Part shown: piece after piece, positions 27,758 through 45,327 of the stretch
Position numbering within the stretch: position 1 is the first letter of the stretch
Layout: each line of letters starts with the position of its first letter
Source: the human T2T-CHM13v2.0 reference genome, Homo sapiens
Assembly: GCF_009914755.1 (NCBI RefSeq)
Contig: NC_060940.1
DNA: 64,000 bases
Reading direction: 5' to 3' (one strand)
Position numbers and translations under genes: made by a program
Notes under the pieces: generated by a model
Told to the model about the DNA's origin: nothing
What the model saw: the letters and a program-made list of their open reading frames with translations, nothing else
The model's database searches: none

Positions 27758-29311
27758 CATTTATTTCTAATTTAATTAATCAAATAAGCCTATGGTATAA
27801 GTGCCCCCATTGGCAAATAAGGAAAGAAAGATGCAGAGGGGTTCAGTAAGTTGTTGGTAGGTAAAAGGGACACCAGAGCTACCTGGAAGGGGGTTCCAAT
27901 GGCCAAAGGCAGTGGCAGCTATATCATCTAGCTTCTGTTCTCCACCCCACCACCCAGTATGTACAGTCAAGAGGAAAAGCTGTCCAGAGAAAACCACCCA
28001 CATGGAGGTGTTACAGACTTGTGTGCTGCCTCCTCACAGGAAGTTGTGGAAAGATGTGATGGACATGTAGGGATGGATGCTAAAGCTGACATTTCTGAAA
28101 TCCAAAGGGGGAATATTTTGGAGCTTGAGTGGGTCTTCTTGGAGTCCCTCAAATTAGATTGTGTGAGCTCACTCCACCCACTGAGGAGCAAACCCTCCAC
28201 ACAACACACTCCCTTCCAAACCTTGGAACTCAACCCCCTCCATGTTCCCCTGCTACCCTGCAAGATGCCAAAACAGCTTCAAGGAAGTCTGCTGAGAATT
28301 GCTCATCATTTTTACACTTGGTTGGATAAAGCCCAGAGCAGAAAACAAAACAGAGACCCAAATCCCCTTTTGAAAGCCCCACAGTAACCAGAGATCAGGT
28401 CCAAAGACAGAATCCAGCCTTTCTGTGCTGCTGTATGCCCAGGAAGCTCGGGTGGGCTGTTTTCGGCCATCCATCAAGCACAGACTGGAATTATAATGTA
28501 GAGTGTTGGCTCCTTCTCCCCCAGGTTGAGCAGCAAAGGTCTTTCCTTCCGCAAATTATGCCCCTTTCTTCCAATGCTATCTTCCTGCTTCCTATTGGTT
28601 AGAAGGCAACAGCATCTTGCACAATAAAATTCAATTTTAGCAATTTCTCCGCTGCCTCCCAGAAAGGGATGAAAATTCTCAGTATGAGGGCAGCTTTTCT
28701 TTATCGGCTCCTGCTTTGGAAGATGACAACACCATCCTTTAGATTTCTTAAGGAAATAGAGCAGAGCCAAAGTAGGCTGTGGCATCCAGCTGGGGTTTAA
28801 GACCTTGTTCATAATGCTTAAAGAACTTTAAAAAATTACAAGGACAATACCTACTGTAATATGCTCATTGACATCCAAAGGAGTCCAAGTAAAGCAGGTC
28901 GTGGGTATAATGAGAGGCGAAAACCCTGAGAAATGGAGGGGGAGACACATCAGTGTGTCCCTGGGAGCTTTTGCTTTCTACTTTAAGAATAAAATTGGAT
29001 GGGAGCAGTGGCTTTCAGAAGACGTCAAAGCTGCCTCAAAACTCTGGCAGGAGCTAACTTTGTTTTCTAAATTTAAAGACATTGCAGCTTCTATAATTTG
29101 TCTCCAATAAAGCTATGTCATTTTTTTTAAGTCCTGGCTTTCTTGCTAACTCACTGTGTGGACACAGTTATTCTCTTTGAGAATATTCAGTTTACTCATC
29201 TGTAAAACGGAGACACCGCACATCCTTACCTGAAAGGTACCCTCATCAGGCACTTTGACAAGGTACATACATATGTAAGATGCCCAGGGCCCTCCAAGAC
29301 AAAGCAGAGGT

Positions 29312-29604
<293 letters not shown>

Positions 29605-30034
29605 GACGAAGCATTGGTCTTTCTGAAACTTAAGACGTAACAGAGAAAGTGATGTTCGTATGAACACATAATAAAAAAAATAGTCTGGAATACACACAAG
29701 AACACAAACACACAAAAGCATAAGCACCAGAGCTATTGGCAACTCACAAACTTTGCATTTCTTCCTGACCAACATACTCTCCAGAAAATAGCAGTTAAAT
29801 CACTTTAAAGGGAAAAGGTGGTTATTTTCAGGAAAGGACACTTCCCTCTGGATTATGTCAAGGCCATCGGCCAAAGCTAAAAAGTATCTTGACCTTTTGC
29901 TGTGCTCTTCTCTGTAAACTTTTACCTTTGGACTGTGGCCCATTTGCATGACTTTGACCCAGGGAAGCAGAAGGAAAATAAATCAAAGTGAGTTATTTCT
30001 AGTGGAAGCAGCTATATTTAAAGATCTAATTGAG

Positions 30035-30720
30035 CACTCATTCATTCAACAAACATTTACTGAACTGTACTAGACGGTCAAGTACTATACTAGGTACTGA
30101 GAATACAATAGTGAGCTAAATACTTACAGCCTGGAGGAAGAGATAAAATATTTTTAAATTAACTTATGGCACAGTACTACAAGCTCTGGGATAGGGTAAA
30201 CACAAGACACTGTGGGAGCCCAGATAATGCACCTCCTCTCCCATGAAGTAGTCAGGGAAGACTTCCTGGAAGAGGTGATATAAAGTAGTAGTTGGCTGGG
30301 TGAGGCAATGCAATGAGTGGGTTCAGGGAAGGGGAATATCAAGTGCAAAGGCATAAAGGTGGGAGTGGACCTATTACATTACATTTCACCATGCCCAGCT
30401 AATTTTTGTATTTTTAGTAGAGATGGGGTTTCACCATATTGGCCAGGCTGGTCTCGAACTCCTGACCTCAGGTCACCCACCCGCCTCAGCCTTCCAAAGT
30501 GCTGGGATTACAGGCGTGGACCTCTACATTACATTACACAGCTGGGGAAGAGGCAGGGCTGAAACATGAAATTGCAAAGATCAGTTTGGGTATATTATGG
30601 AAGTCAACGAATGACCAGAAGTAGATGTTAAGGAGAGAAGTGGCAGGATCAAATTTGCATTTTACGAAGAGTTCTGTGGCTGGCAACAGCACAGAATATT
30701 AGGTAGGGAAATAAAATTTG
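30035..30720 (-). mobile_element. L2 interrupted by an inverted Alu left-arm copy (30386-30519)
   Basis: cattcattcaacaaacatttactga L2 tail; cagggaagacttcctggaagaggtga. Confidence 0.8.
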
Positions 30721-30869
30721 AGGATGCCCTAGAGATCTCAATCAGCAGTGAAGGCGACCGCCATTTGTAGAAAGTGTTCTACTACAAATACTCCCACATA
30801 CACCTTTCATACTTAGAAAAACCAAGTGCAACTATCCCTATTTTACAGATAAAGAAATCGAAGCTCCAA

Positions 30870-31093
30870 AACAGAGTTTCTCAACCTCAGCCTCATTGAC
30901 ATTTTGGTCCAGGTAACTCTGTGCTGTGTGGGAGCTGTTCTGCGCATTGTAGGAAATTCAGCAGCATCCTTGAGCTCTACCCACAAAATGTCAGCAGAAA
31001 CTTCCCACCAAATGTGACAACCAAAAACACCCCCAGATGTTGCCAAAAGTCCCCTAGGAGGACACAATGACTTCCTGGCTGATAACCACTATT
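30870..31093. mobile_element. MER20
   Basis: tttctcaacctcagc..attgacattttgg..ccagatgttgccaaa. Confidence 0.85.
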
Positions 31094-32007
31094 CTAAAAG
31101 ATCAAACCCCCAGTTCACCCAAGCGAGGATGCTAACTGGGTCCTCTGTCTCTATCAGACACACTCCCTGTCCATGCCAGCCTCATCCCTCATGGCCTTGG
31201 CCAAGAGATCACATGCATCCATTTGCCTCTAAATGACTGAAGTTTTCACTGGGAAAAGTTTTAAGAACAGATGTCACTTTCCCTAGTCATTTTGATTTTT
31301 TCATACATTAAAGCAAGGATGACTTTTTTTTTCCTATCAGCTAAAAATTGTTACCACACTGGAGGCAAAAGAGTTTTCTCTCATTATATGTGCAATTCTA
31401 TACATTTTTCTTCAAGCCAGCAGAGCCCTGGCACCAAATATGAGGATGATTCATGTGGCATCATGGTCCATTCCTGCCCAATTCCAAGGGTATTTGCCAG
31501 TCTTGGGCACTGCCGTCCATTTGATGATTTGAAGTTTCCTCCTATAAGTGTGCAATTTAAAAAAAAAACAAATCATTCACCTCATGGATCTGCATCAGAA
31601 AGTTTGCTTTGTGGTGAGATCTGCAGATGCAAAAAAAAAAAAAAAAAAAAACGGGAATTTCACAGAACAGATACATGCAGCAAGAACGTGGTTGAGCCAA
31701 TTTCCTCTGTTCCCTTTTTATGTGAAAGTGCAGCGGATGTGAAGACTGTCTTTCCCCTCTCAAATTACCCTGCCAGACAAAGAGAGAGTTTTTTAGAAGA
31801 GTCCCGAGCATGTAATTTTATTACTTTAGCATCGATTGTAATATAATTCATGTAATTTCTTTTGCAGGAGAAAAGTCATTTTCCTAAATACTTGGCAAAA
31901 TGAGAGCTGATGGATTTTTGACTTCCACCAACTCTCTCTGTAGAATTTTCCAGTAAAAAAGGAAACACGGAGAACAGCTCAGTGCAAATGGCCTCACCTG
32001 GAAGTAG

Positions 32008-32363
<356 letters not shown>

Positions 32364-32476
32364 ACTTTTCTTTTTTTTTTAGACAGAGTTTTACTCTCAA
32401 ATTTTTTACTCATACCTAATACATATGGCCTCACCTGGAAGCAGAAAGGGTTTATAGGCCCTTTCAAGCTTGGTGA

Positions 32477-32791
<315 letters not shown>

Positions 32792-33329
32792 TGATTTCTA
32801 ATGGCTGTATATCCCAGTAGAGACTGTCTCAAAACTGCCATCTTATAAAGATCAAACCAAGGTCAAATTTCGTGAGGGTTTCTCAACCTCCACGTTATTG
32901 GCATTTGGGATTGGATAACTCTTGTTGTGGGGGCTGACCTGTATTTTGTCAGATGTTTAGCAGCATCCTTCTCCGCTCATTTCATGACGGTTGCACATCA
33001 CTCCAGTTGTGACAACTGAAAACGTCTCCATTTATTGTCAAATATGAGAACCAGTGAATTTTGCCTCTTTGTTCCAGGAGCTCCTGGTCCTTTTCCTGGG
33101 ACCCGTGTAAGTATTGGAGGGGAGGACTCTGCATTCGGCACTCAAAACGAATTCATGGACAACCAAGAGATGCTAATGAGAATTAAAAAGATAAACCTAC
33201 CAGGTGTCTCACACAACTACATCCTGTAATTCCTCTCCAGTACCTAAAGGTCCATCTGCATAGCAAGAAGCCAGACTCCAGCATTATTTTCCTTTCTATT
33301 ATTTCTTCAACAAATGCAGTTTGTTTTTC

Positions 33330-33775
33330 ATTTTTCATTTTTTTATTTTTAATTTTTGTGGGTACATAATAGGTGTATATATCTGTGGGGTACATGGCAT
33401 GTTTTGGTACAGGCATGCAAATCGTGACAATCACATCATGGAGAATGGCGTGTCTATCCCCTCAAGCATTGATCCTTTGTGTTACAAACAATTCAGTTAT
33501 ACTCTTTTAGTTATTTTTTAATGTACAGTTAAGTTATTATTGGCTATAGTCAACATGTTGTGTGATCAAATAGTAGGTCTTATGCATTCTTTCTAACTAC
33601 ATTTTTTGTACCCATTAACCATCTTCATCTCCCACCCCCAAACCCTCCAATACCCTTCCCAGCCTCTGGTAACCATCCTTCTACTCTCTATGTCCATGAG
33701 TTCAATCGTTTTGATTGTTAGATCCCACAAATAAGAGAGAACACGCAATGTTAGTCTTTCGTGCCTGGCTTATTT
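33330..33775 (-). mobile_element. L1MA-type 3' end
   Basis: gggtacataataggtgtatatat..cccttcccagcctctggtaaccatccttctactctcta. Confidence 0.9.
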
Positions 33776-33980
33776 AAATAAATGTTTATATAGTTTACTA
33801 TATACCAGGTACTGTTCCAAGTGCTTTAAAGCAGCAACTCATTGGATCTTTGTAATAATCCTATGGGATAGGTACTATTGTCACCCCATTTCACAGATTA
33901 GAAAACCATACCTCAGAGATATTAAGTAAGAGCTAGTGATGAGCAAACTGGAATTCAGACTAAGGCATTGGATTCCATAG

Positions 33981-34297
<317 letters not shown>

Positions 34298-34739
34298 CTA
34301 TAGTCTGCACTCTTACTCAGTAGGCGATGGTGAGTGTGTTGGGTACTGGGGAAAGGGAAATAAATTTTCACCTGGTCTCACCTCCTGACTCTGTCATTTA
34401 CCAGCAGGTGAACTTGGGCAAGTTGCCCAATGTCTCTGAGCTTCAGCCTATTATGCACAAAATGAGGACAACGACTCCTACCTCAAACGATTGCAGCAAG
34501 GACTAAACTACCACTGAGTTTGATGCCTCAGAAATATTCAGTGGATGTCAGTTACCTCTCTCATCTACTGTTTCAGAAGTGAGTCCCCATGAAACATAAC
34601 AGCAGTGGTAGAAGGGACAAGTATCAACCATGAGGACTGGATCCTGCATCCAAGCCACCACCAAATCTCACCAGGGTAACCACAGTAGCATCCTGAATGG
34701 TCTCCCTGCTTCTCCTTCTACCCCTTGCAGTAGATTCTC

Positions 34740-35250
34740 TGTGAGGCGGTCTGTAATTATTCCCATCCCTGTATGTACACACCTTGCCATGTGACTTTGC
34801 AGTTTCTCCCATCAGGGGTTAGAGTCTGTTTACCCACGCTTTGAATCTGGTCTGGTCTTTGGAGTTGCATTGGCCAAAGGAGGGGGGTGGAAGTGACACT
34901 GACCATGCCAGCTCTGAGCGCAGTCCTCATGAGATTTTCTGCACCTCCACTCTCTCTTGGGATCCCGCCGAGCCACTGTGTGACTTGCCCAGACCAGCCT
35001 GCTGGATGATGTGAGACCACATGGACCAGATCTCAGTTGTCCCAGCCAAAGTCCCAGATAAGTGAGAGAACCCAGCCAAGAGGAGCAAAGATGACGGTGA
35101 GCCCAACCAGGAGCAGAAGAAATAACTGCCCAGCTGGGCTCGACCTAAATCACTGCGCATGAAGCATGAGCAAAATGATTCTTTTTACCCCAACTGTACC
35201 AAAACTGCTGAGTTACAAAGTGGTTTGTTATTCAGCAGTGACTGACACAA
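34740..35250 (+). mobile_element. MLT1G/H-like LTR
   Basis: ccttgccatgtgactttgcagtttctcccatca..gtggtttgttattcagca. Confidence 0.75.
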
Positions 35251-35295
35251 CTCTCTCAAACTCCTTATCCCAATGGTAACCAGCAGCATCACTTT

Positions 35296-35670
35296 TGATA
35301 TGGTTTGGCTGTGTCCCCACCCAAATCTCATCTTGCATTGTAGTGCCCATAAGGCCCACGTGTCATGGGAGGGATCCAGTGGGAGGTAATTGAATCACGG
35401 GGCAGTTACCCCCATGCTGCTGTTCTCATGGTAGTGAGTGAATTCTCCCGAGATCTGGTGGTTTTATAAGAGGCTTTCCCCCTTTTGCTCAGCACTTCTC
35501 CTTGCTGCCACCACGTGAAGAAGGATATGTTTGTCTCCCATTCCACCATGATTATAAGTTTCCTGTGGCCTCCCCAGCCATGCTGAACTGTGAATCAATT
35601 AAACCTCTTTCCTTTACAAATTACCCAGTCTCGGGTATGTCTTTATTGGCAGCGTGAGAACGGACTAATG
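35296..35670 (+). mobile_element. THE1-family solo LTR
   Basis: tgatatggtttggctgtgtccccacccaaatctcatcttg..ggactaat. Confidence 0.92.
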
Positions 35671-35679
35671 GAACTTTAA

Positions 35680-36400
35680 AACCTAAATTGGAATATTTCA
35701 GTTCCCCGTTTATGACTCTGTAAAGGGGACTCATCAAATTTAGAATAGAATTCAGATCCCAAGCCACAATCTACTGCTTTCCGCATGATCTAGCCCCTGC
35801 CTATCCTCCAAATCTATTATCCACCACTGTCCCCATAAGTTGCCCAAAGTTACAAAGCAACTAGGTAGATACATCTGGAATTGGAACCCAGGTCTGATTC
35901 CAAAGCCCATGTTTTTCCATGTGGATATTAATCTCTGAGTACCTGTGATGGGCAAGTCTCTGCAAATTGTTTTACCACGTTTCACTTAGAGTACTCTGGC
36001 CACACTGGTGTTTATTCTGGCTCCAGCACACACCAATGGTGTTCCTGCCTGAAGTACTTTACACTTATGGTCCTCTCTGCCTGGAAGACTCTTTTCCCCT
36101 CGTGATCGAATAACTGGCTCCCTCTTGCCATCGTGGTCTCAACTCTGATGTCAACTCTTCAGACGGGATCTCCAGGTCACCCAAAAGTCACCCTCATTCA
36201 CCATCACCTTCTGTGCTCCATCTGTTTTGTTTTCTTAAAAACACTTATCAGTGTCTAAAATGATGCCTGCTCCTCCAAATAGTGCAACAGCTCTCTGAAG
36301 GCAGGAATCATGCCTATGGAATCCACCATCACATTCCCAAACCCTTGCACCCGCCACCAAGCCCAGCACATTGTAGGAGTATATTAAATAACAGTCATGT
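35680..36400 (+). mobile_element. L2 with a 140-bp templated insertion
   Basis: gccacactgg..ctctgcctggaag..ctctctgaaggcaggaatcatg. Confidence 0.7.
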
Positions 36401-37535
36401 GAGTAAGGACTCCAAAAAAGCCCTTTGGTTCAAGCACTCTATTCCTTCTCTCCACTATCTCTGTTTAGCCCTCCCCCAAGGCTAAGTGGCACATGAAAAA
36501 TATGGGGAGAATAATGTCCTACAATCACCAGATGTGCAGCTCAAGAACAAAGTAGAATTAGACTTGCAACTTCCATCACAGGCAAACTCATGCTGTGAGG
36601 CCTTATTAAAACCAAAGAAAGCTGGTTGCTGTTGTCTTGCCTCCCCATCACTAGGTCATGAAAGAAAAGAGAAAATCAAACCCCTACCTTTCTTGTGGGT
36701 CATAACAGCGGTGGGGAAGGAATGTTGACTCTCCTCATTACTCCATAAATTGCTTAAATCTTTGTGTCCTATATATTACTTTTTTAATTAAGAAGAAATG
36801 CACAAGAGGAAAAACTCAAATCGTGTCTGTCCTGAGAGGCTCAGACACCTGCTTTGATGAACCTCTTTATGATCAGGTTTCCCCAGTAGCTTTTCTGCTG
36901 GACCTCACACCCAATAGAGAAAGAAATGAATTTTCCTCTCCTTCACCCAACTGCAGCGCTCACCCTAGCAGCCCTGCAAATGAGAACACAGGGTTCTCCT
37001 ATGCACGTTAAGTATGTCAGAGGTCACCAACCACCGGCTCCCAGGCCCACACAAAGCCCATGGCTGTGTCTTTTTTGACCTCCAGTAGTATTTTCATTTC
37101 AATTAGTTGCCAACATTTAAAAGTAATATGCTTTTATATAATCTATAGTTCTAACCTTTCTTGGAAAATCAGTCCATCTGATTTCGGACCCACATTCTCA
37201 TATTCCCAAAACTGGCTGCCCACTCTTGATGGGGCAAGAACTTCCCACTTTATCACCATAGCCACCCAACCCACTTCACTCATTGATATTTCCTGTCCAG
37301 ATCTCGAAAGTATTAAGTTTGCAACCCCTGTTACACACACATGCACACATGTAGTAGTGAATTTAATTAATGGACTCAGAACTGTTTGGCTGATCAATAA
37401 CGTTGCATGCCTTGAATAGAGATATTTTGCAAGACAATACTCTTGAATCAAATGGAAAGGGCCAAAATTATAAACTTACCCTGTATTACATCTCTGCAGC
37501 CTCTTCCCCAGAAGTCAAAAAGAAGAGGCATTAAA

Positions 37536-37817
37536 CCAGCTGGGCATGGTGGTTCACACCTGTAATCCCAGCACTTTGGGAGGCTGAGGCCAGTAGATTG
37601 CTTGAGCCCAGGAGTTTGACACCAGCCTGGGCAATATGATGAAAGCCCATCTCTACCAAAACTACAAAAATTAGCCAGGTGTAGTGGCTTATGCTTGTGG
37701 TCCCGACTACTTGGGAGGCTGAGGTAAGAGAATCACTTGAGCCAGGAAGTTGAGGCTGCAGTGAGCAATGATTGCACCACTGCACTCCAACCTGGACAAC
37801 AGAGCAAGATCCTGTCT

Positions 37818-37852
<35 letters not shown>
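37536..37852 (+). mobile_element. AluJ
   Basis: J diagnostics ttgcttgagcccaggagtt and tgaggctgcagtgagc; TSD aagaggcat. Confidence 0.93.
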
Positions 37853-37856
<4 letters not shown>

Positions 37857-38899
37857 CATAAATCCTAATCTGTCTCCTCCCTGCAGAAACAGCATTTGCC
37901 ATGATCAATAGGAAAAGATCATTCTCATAAGAATAGGGGCACAGGGAGACAAAATGGCAAGAAAATGATTTTAAAGATATTTAATGTAGCAGAGATTGCT
38001 AACTGTTCACCAAAATCCATGTCTTCTTCCCGGGCACACAGCTGGCCAACTTCTCCTATCCCCTCTTGGCTCTCATGAATGGATACAACCAAATACTAAT
38101 AATGACAGGCTCTAGAGGGCAATGCATGGTACAAGATGAAAGGATCTTGGATCCCTGAATCACCACGTGGAGGTCTCTTTGAATGACCAGAAATACTCAA
38201 CTTAGACTGGTATGAGAAGAAATAAACTTGTGTTGGAATCACTAGGCATTTTGAGGTCTATTTGTTGTGTCAGCTTTGTCTACCCCAAGACATTCTATAA
38301 GCTTCCAAGAAAAATGTAACTAAAAATAAAAACACACGCAGGGCTGCTTTTAGTAGTTGCCAGTATTAAGTTCCAATTGTGTGCTAAGTGCTGTATTTAT
38401 TATGCTCATTGCAGCAATGAGGAAACAGATATACAAGAGTTAAGTAATTTGCCCAAAGTTACATAGCAACTAGGTGGATACATCTGGAATTGGAACCCAG
38501 GCCTGATTCCAAAGCCCTTGTTTTTCCATATGGATATTACTCCACAAAGAGTAATTACTCTCTGAGTAATATCCTATGATGGGCCACTTTCTGTGCAAGT
38601 TGTTTTTATCAGTTTTTATTTAATCCACCCCATGCACCAATAAGGGAGGCAGTATTATTGTCTCCATTTTATAGATGAAGAAATTGAGACACAGAGAGGA
38701 AAAGTGTCTTTCCTGAGGTCCCATTTGCAAGTGTAAAAATCGGACCTATAATTTCCTGACTCTTTCCACTGTCTCCTTTGGGATGGTGGGAAGATGTGGC
38801 AAGACTGAGAAATGTTGACACATTTTGTTATTTTGAAAATGAATTACAGTGTTACTAGCTCATAAATTAGAAATTATAAGCTTTTACTTTGTAAAAACT

Positions 38900-39457
38900 T
38901 TTTTACTTTTTAACTTTTATTTTAAATTCAAGGGGTACATGTGCAAGTTCATTATATGGGTAAATTGCATGTCCTGGGGATTTGGTGTACAGATTATTTT
39001 GTCACCCAGGTAATCAGCATAGTAACCAATAGGTAGTTTTTCAATCCTCACCCTCCTCTCACCCTCCTCCGACCCTCCACCCTCAAGAAGGTGCCAGTGT
39101 CTATTGTTCCCTCCCTATTGTGTTCATGTGAACTCAAAGTTTAGCTTCCACTTATAAGTGAAAACATGCAGTATTTGGTTTTCTGTTCCTGAGTAAATTC
39201 ACCTAGGATAATGGCCTCCAGCTCCATCCATGTTGCTGCAAAAGACATGATTTCATTTTTTATGGCTGCATACTATTCCATGGTATATATGTTCCATATT
39301 ATCCAGTTCACCATTGACGGGCATTTAGATTGATTCCATGTCTTTGCTACTGTGAATAGCGCCGTGATAAACATGCAAGTGCATGTGTCTTTACAATAGA
39401 ATGATTTATGTTCCTTTGTGTATATACTCAGTAATGGAATTGCTGGGTCAAATGGTA
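38900..39457 (-). mobile_element. L1PA13-16-type 3' end
   Basis: gggtacatgtgcaagt..ataatggcctccagctccatccatgttgctgcaaa. Confidence 0.9.
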
Positions 39458-39477
39458 TAAAAAATTATATGATTCTG

Positions 39478-39806
<329 letters not shown>

Positions 39807-39819
39807 TTACTTGTAATGC

Positions 39820-40023
39820 AATATAATACTATATTGTACACTAATCAAATGTGATCTTCAAGTATATAAATCTGTAAGTTACGATTACCATTCAGTAATC
39901 ATTTTGTATTGACAAAATGTATATTATGCAATACAAAATGATTACAGAATGATAATTGTAATTTATATATTTATATGCTCAAAAGACCAAGTTTACCCAA
40001 CATACAATACAGTGCATTATATT
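39820..40023. repeat. Imperfect AT-rich inverted repeat (about 92-bp arms, 17-nt loop)
   Basis: attcagtaatcattttgtattg (ends 39911) pairs with caatacaaaatgattacagaat (starts 39929) and pairing extends outward. Confidence 0.85.
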
Positions 40024-40913
40024 CTAGTGTCATATTAGACACACTACATTTTAATGTCATATGAAAGAACCTCAATAAATGCTGAATGAATTAATGCAAA
40101 CAATAAACTCCTTAGACCTCCTACACATGTGCTATTTCATATTTCCATGACTTTGCTCTTTCCATTTTTTTTGGCAGGTATACCCCCTCACCCCCCACCA
40201 TTGTTACCTGACTAGTTTCTGCACATCTCTGAAGACTCAGCTAAAGCATCTCTTCCTCCAGGAAGGCTTCCATGAACACCTTGGCAAGGCTAAGTGCCCC
40301 TCCACTGCATCCTACAGGGCTCTCTACCTACTTTTGTCCTTGCGTCTGCCATATTACATTGAAATCCTCTGTTTCTGTGTCTCCCCCCCGCTACTCTGTA
40401 AACTCTTCAAGGGAAAAAAACTGAATATTTTTCATATTTTTAGATGGAAAATAGTAGCTCATGGTAGGGGCTCGATAATACAATTTCCTAATCTAAACAG
40501 AGGTAACACAAGCTGGAAGCATAAAGATTATCCAATGAAGTTTAAGCAAAACTTGGAGCAAGCGATCCCTGAAGAAACCAAGACCATATGATAGTAACTC
40601 CTTGCCCTGAAAATGAATCATCCTTCCTTCCCTTCCACTGGTACCCTTGCAGCCTGCAGAATCATAAACCGCATGGAGTAAAATGGACCAGACACATGGC
40701 AGGTGCACAATAAATATTTGTTGAATGAATTAAGGAATGGGTTAATGCGAGCCATTTACAGGAGTATTACCATGCATAGGATGATGAAATACCCCCAGTA
40801 ACAACCAAAACTCTTCTCTATCTATGAGCCATGGTACTGAATGTCTTGGAGCCCTCTCGAATACACCTTCAGCTGCCAATGGGGGCAGCTGCAGTGCCCT
40901 TGGCCACCCCTAC

Positions 40914-41387
40914 TTATGGATGCTCGGTTTGGAGAAGCTCACTTTCTGCGTGAGGGCTTTTCAGGGCTCCTGATGTCCTGGGAGCTGTTTATTTAGTGTT
41001 TCTTCATTTAGGGCGGATTGCTCTTTCGAAATTGCTTTGTGGTGGTGGCTGCCTCTCCTTCATCTGATTAGTCTTGCTTCTTGGAGACATTCAAGCCATT
41101 TTTTTTCCCTGTTGTACCATATGTTTTTCCTTTGAGTCTGTAGTATTTTGTGCTCAGATTCTGGAACTGTGATGTGGCATTTCTCTCCTGACGATTCCTA
41201 GCAGGTGGTTTATCTCGGCAGCTGGTAATGGCAGGGGATGGTGTGATGGGGAGAAATCGGGCAATGCCAATGCCTGTGTGTCTACAGATCCCTCTTTGAC
41301 TTCCCCTCCCAGACTATTTCCTTCTTGTGTTTATTGTCCTTGCAGTTAATCTCCTCCATGTGCCAGTGTTGGCTGTTTCTTTGGCAT
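40914..41387 (-). pseudogene. Candidate pseudo-exon L
   Basis: Repeat-free, purine-rich on minus strand; acceptor attttttgaatag|A; candidate donor AA|GTAGGG. No recognisable homology. Confidence 0.25.
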
Positions 41388-41482
41388 CTATTCAAAAAAT
41401 TCTGTAAGTTTCTGCCCATGGCAGAGACAAAGGGGCTCTCTGTGGAGTAGAGTCTCTATTTAAAAATGACGTAATGATGATA

Positions 41483-41833
<351 letters not shown>

Positions 41834-42005
41834 CTAAGCATGTTCCATACATTAGCTTATTTATCCCCCCTCAAGAATCATTTCAGGTTTCCTCCCCCTT
41901 CCTATCCAAATGCCTTTGGGTGGGCATAATCCTTCCTAGAGGAAGCAATGGCAGGAAAAGCAGTCAAGGCACCAACTCACTGTAAGAGATAACATATATT
42001 AGCCA

Positions 42006-43130
<1,125 letters not shown>

Positions 43131-43545
43131 TAGAGTCTAAGCCCTTTCCCAAAAGCCACCAATCAAAGAGATCTTGAGTCTCCTGGTCACAGAGTTTCCT
43201 TCCATTCAGGAGTAGCTACCAAGTAAAACCAGCTGAGACAAGGTAGGTTCATAAAACATTTAGCTCACTGACACTGACAATGACCTTGGGGAATTCCCTT
43301 CTCCTTACAACCCAAGTGCTTCCTCTGGAGATCTTTGTCTTCTCTGAGCAAGAGTCCTTTGAGGAGGTGATATCTGAGTAAAGATGTAAAATGAAATGAG
43401 GGAGTCAGCTATGTGTACATCTGAGGAAAAAGCATTCCAGGCTAAGAGGATAGCAGCTGCAAAGTCCCTGCAATTAGAACAGACATAAATTGGTCTCCTT
43501 GTAAAAGAAGCCACCTAGTTTAATGCTTTCAAGGTTTGCTAGGCC

Positions 43546-44184
<639 letters not shown>

Positions 44185-44287
44185 CTACCCTTCTCTTTTA
44201 ATTAGATTCTCCATCCCTTTGGGGATTCTGTCTTTTCCTCCCTCCCCTTGTTACTATTTTTTTTAATTTGCTTTCTCATTCCATTAC

Positions 44288-44452
44288 CTCTCTTGGATCC
44301 ACATTCAAGTGTGAATAACTTTCTTAAGTACCAATTCACCCAAAAGACAAAGCCAAAAGACTTAGTTGCCAGGCCTTCCTCAAAGAAGAACCAGTATTCA
44401 AAGAGAAACACAGGTTCCAACAGAGACAGTGTGGGGGCCAGGGAACAGATAT
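44288..44452 (-). pseudogene. Candidate pseudo-exon K
   Basis: Acceptor gctgcatttttcaag|A; donor GAG|GTAATG; 165 nt with one open frame. Homology ambiguous. Confidence 0.35.
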
Positions 44453-44634
44453 CTTGAAAAATGCAGCAGCCCTAACTAAAAATACAACACACGCATTATT
44501 TCATCCATTTCCTGCCTCCTTTCCTCCCTTCTGCCCCCTGAGGAAAAAGATCATTATTAAGAGACTTAGACCACTTCATGCCCAGTTTTCTGTTTCTTCC
44601 AAGACTTGTCTAATCCCAGCTTCTTATGTGGACC

Positions 44635-45327
44635 TGAAACTGCCTTTGAAAAACTAGGACAGAGACAGTGAAAGAGATCTAACCTAACTGACTCCATCTT
44701 CCTTCTAACCACCAAGCTGTCCTTGTTCATCCCTGGGTGTAGGCTGAACTAACTTTGGGAGGAACTTAGTTTATAATTAATAAATAGTTTAAAACAAAGA
44801 CATTAATAGCCTTTTCCCAAAACAAACCTCCTTCTTGACTGAGGACTAGACTGCGTTTGTAGGACTTATAAATTAGCCACAAGATTAGAAATTATGGCTT
44901 AGGGGTCATGCAGCTGGAGGCTACAAGATTCTGACCCTCCCTAAAGTGCTCCTAAGATCAGTGCTTGAGATATTTTGCTGACCTGCAGTTGAAGAATCAG
45001 CTGGCATCACTAAACTGGCTCATCTGATCTTGTGGCCCCCACCCAGGAACTGACTCAGCACAAGAGGACTGCTTCAACATCCCATGATTTCATCTCCTAC
45101 CTAACCAATCAGCACTCTTGGCTCACTGGCTTCCCCCAGCCCACCAAGTTGTCCTTAAAAACCCTGATCCCCGAATGCTCAGGAAGACTGATTTGAGTAA
45201 TCATAAAACTCCAGTCCCCTGCACAGCCAGCTTTGTGTGAATTACTCTTTCTTTATTGTAATTCCCCTATCTTGAGAAATTGTCTCTGTCTAGGCAGTGG
45301 GCAAGGTGAACCCATTGAGCAGTTACA
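44635..45327 (+). mobile_element. LTR8 (ERV1) solo LTR
   Basis: tgaaactgcctttg..gaaagagatctaacctaactgactccatctt..gaacccattgagcagttaca. Confidence 0.85.

Noticed and set aside
31271-31846. Longest ORF in the window (191 aa)
   Set aside because: Runs through poly(A) tracts and has no domain similarity or splice context; likely chance.
43490-43538. Apparent terminal exon KP*KH*TR/VASFTRRPI resembling ANKUB1 KRWLQQLEIARVLAKKSI
   Set aside because: The segment and its acceptor are explained by inverted L1MB 3'UTR sequence abutting an L2, so the resemblance is probably coincidental.
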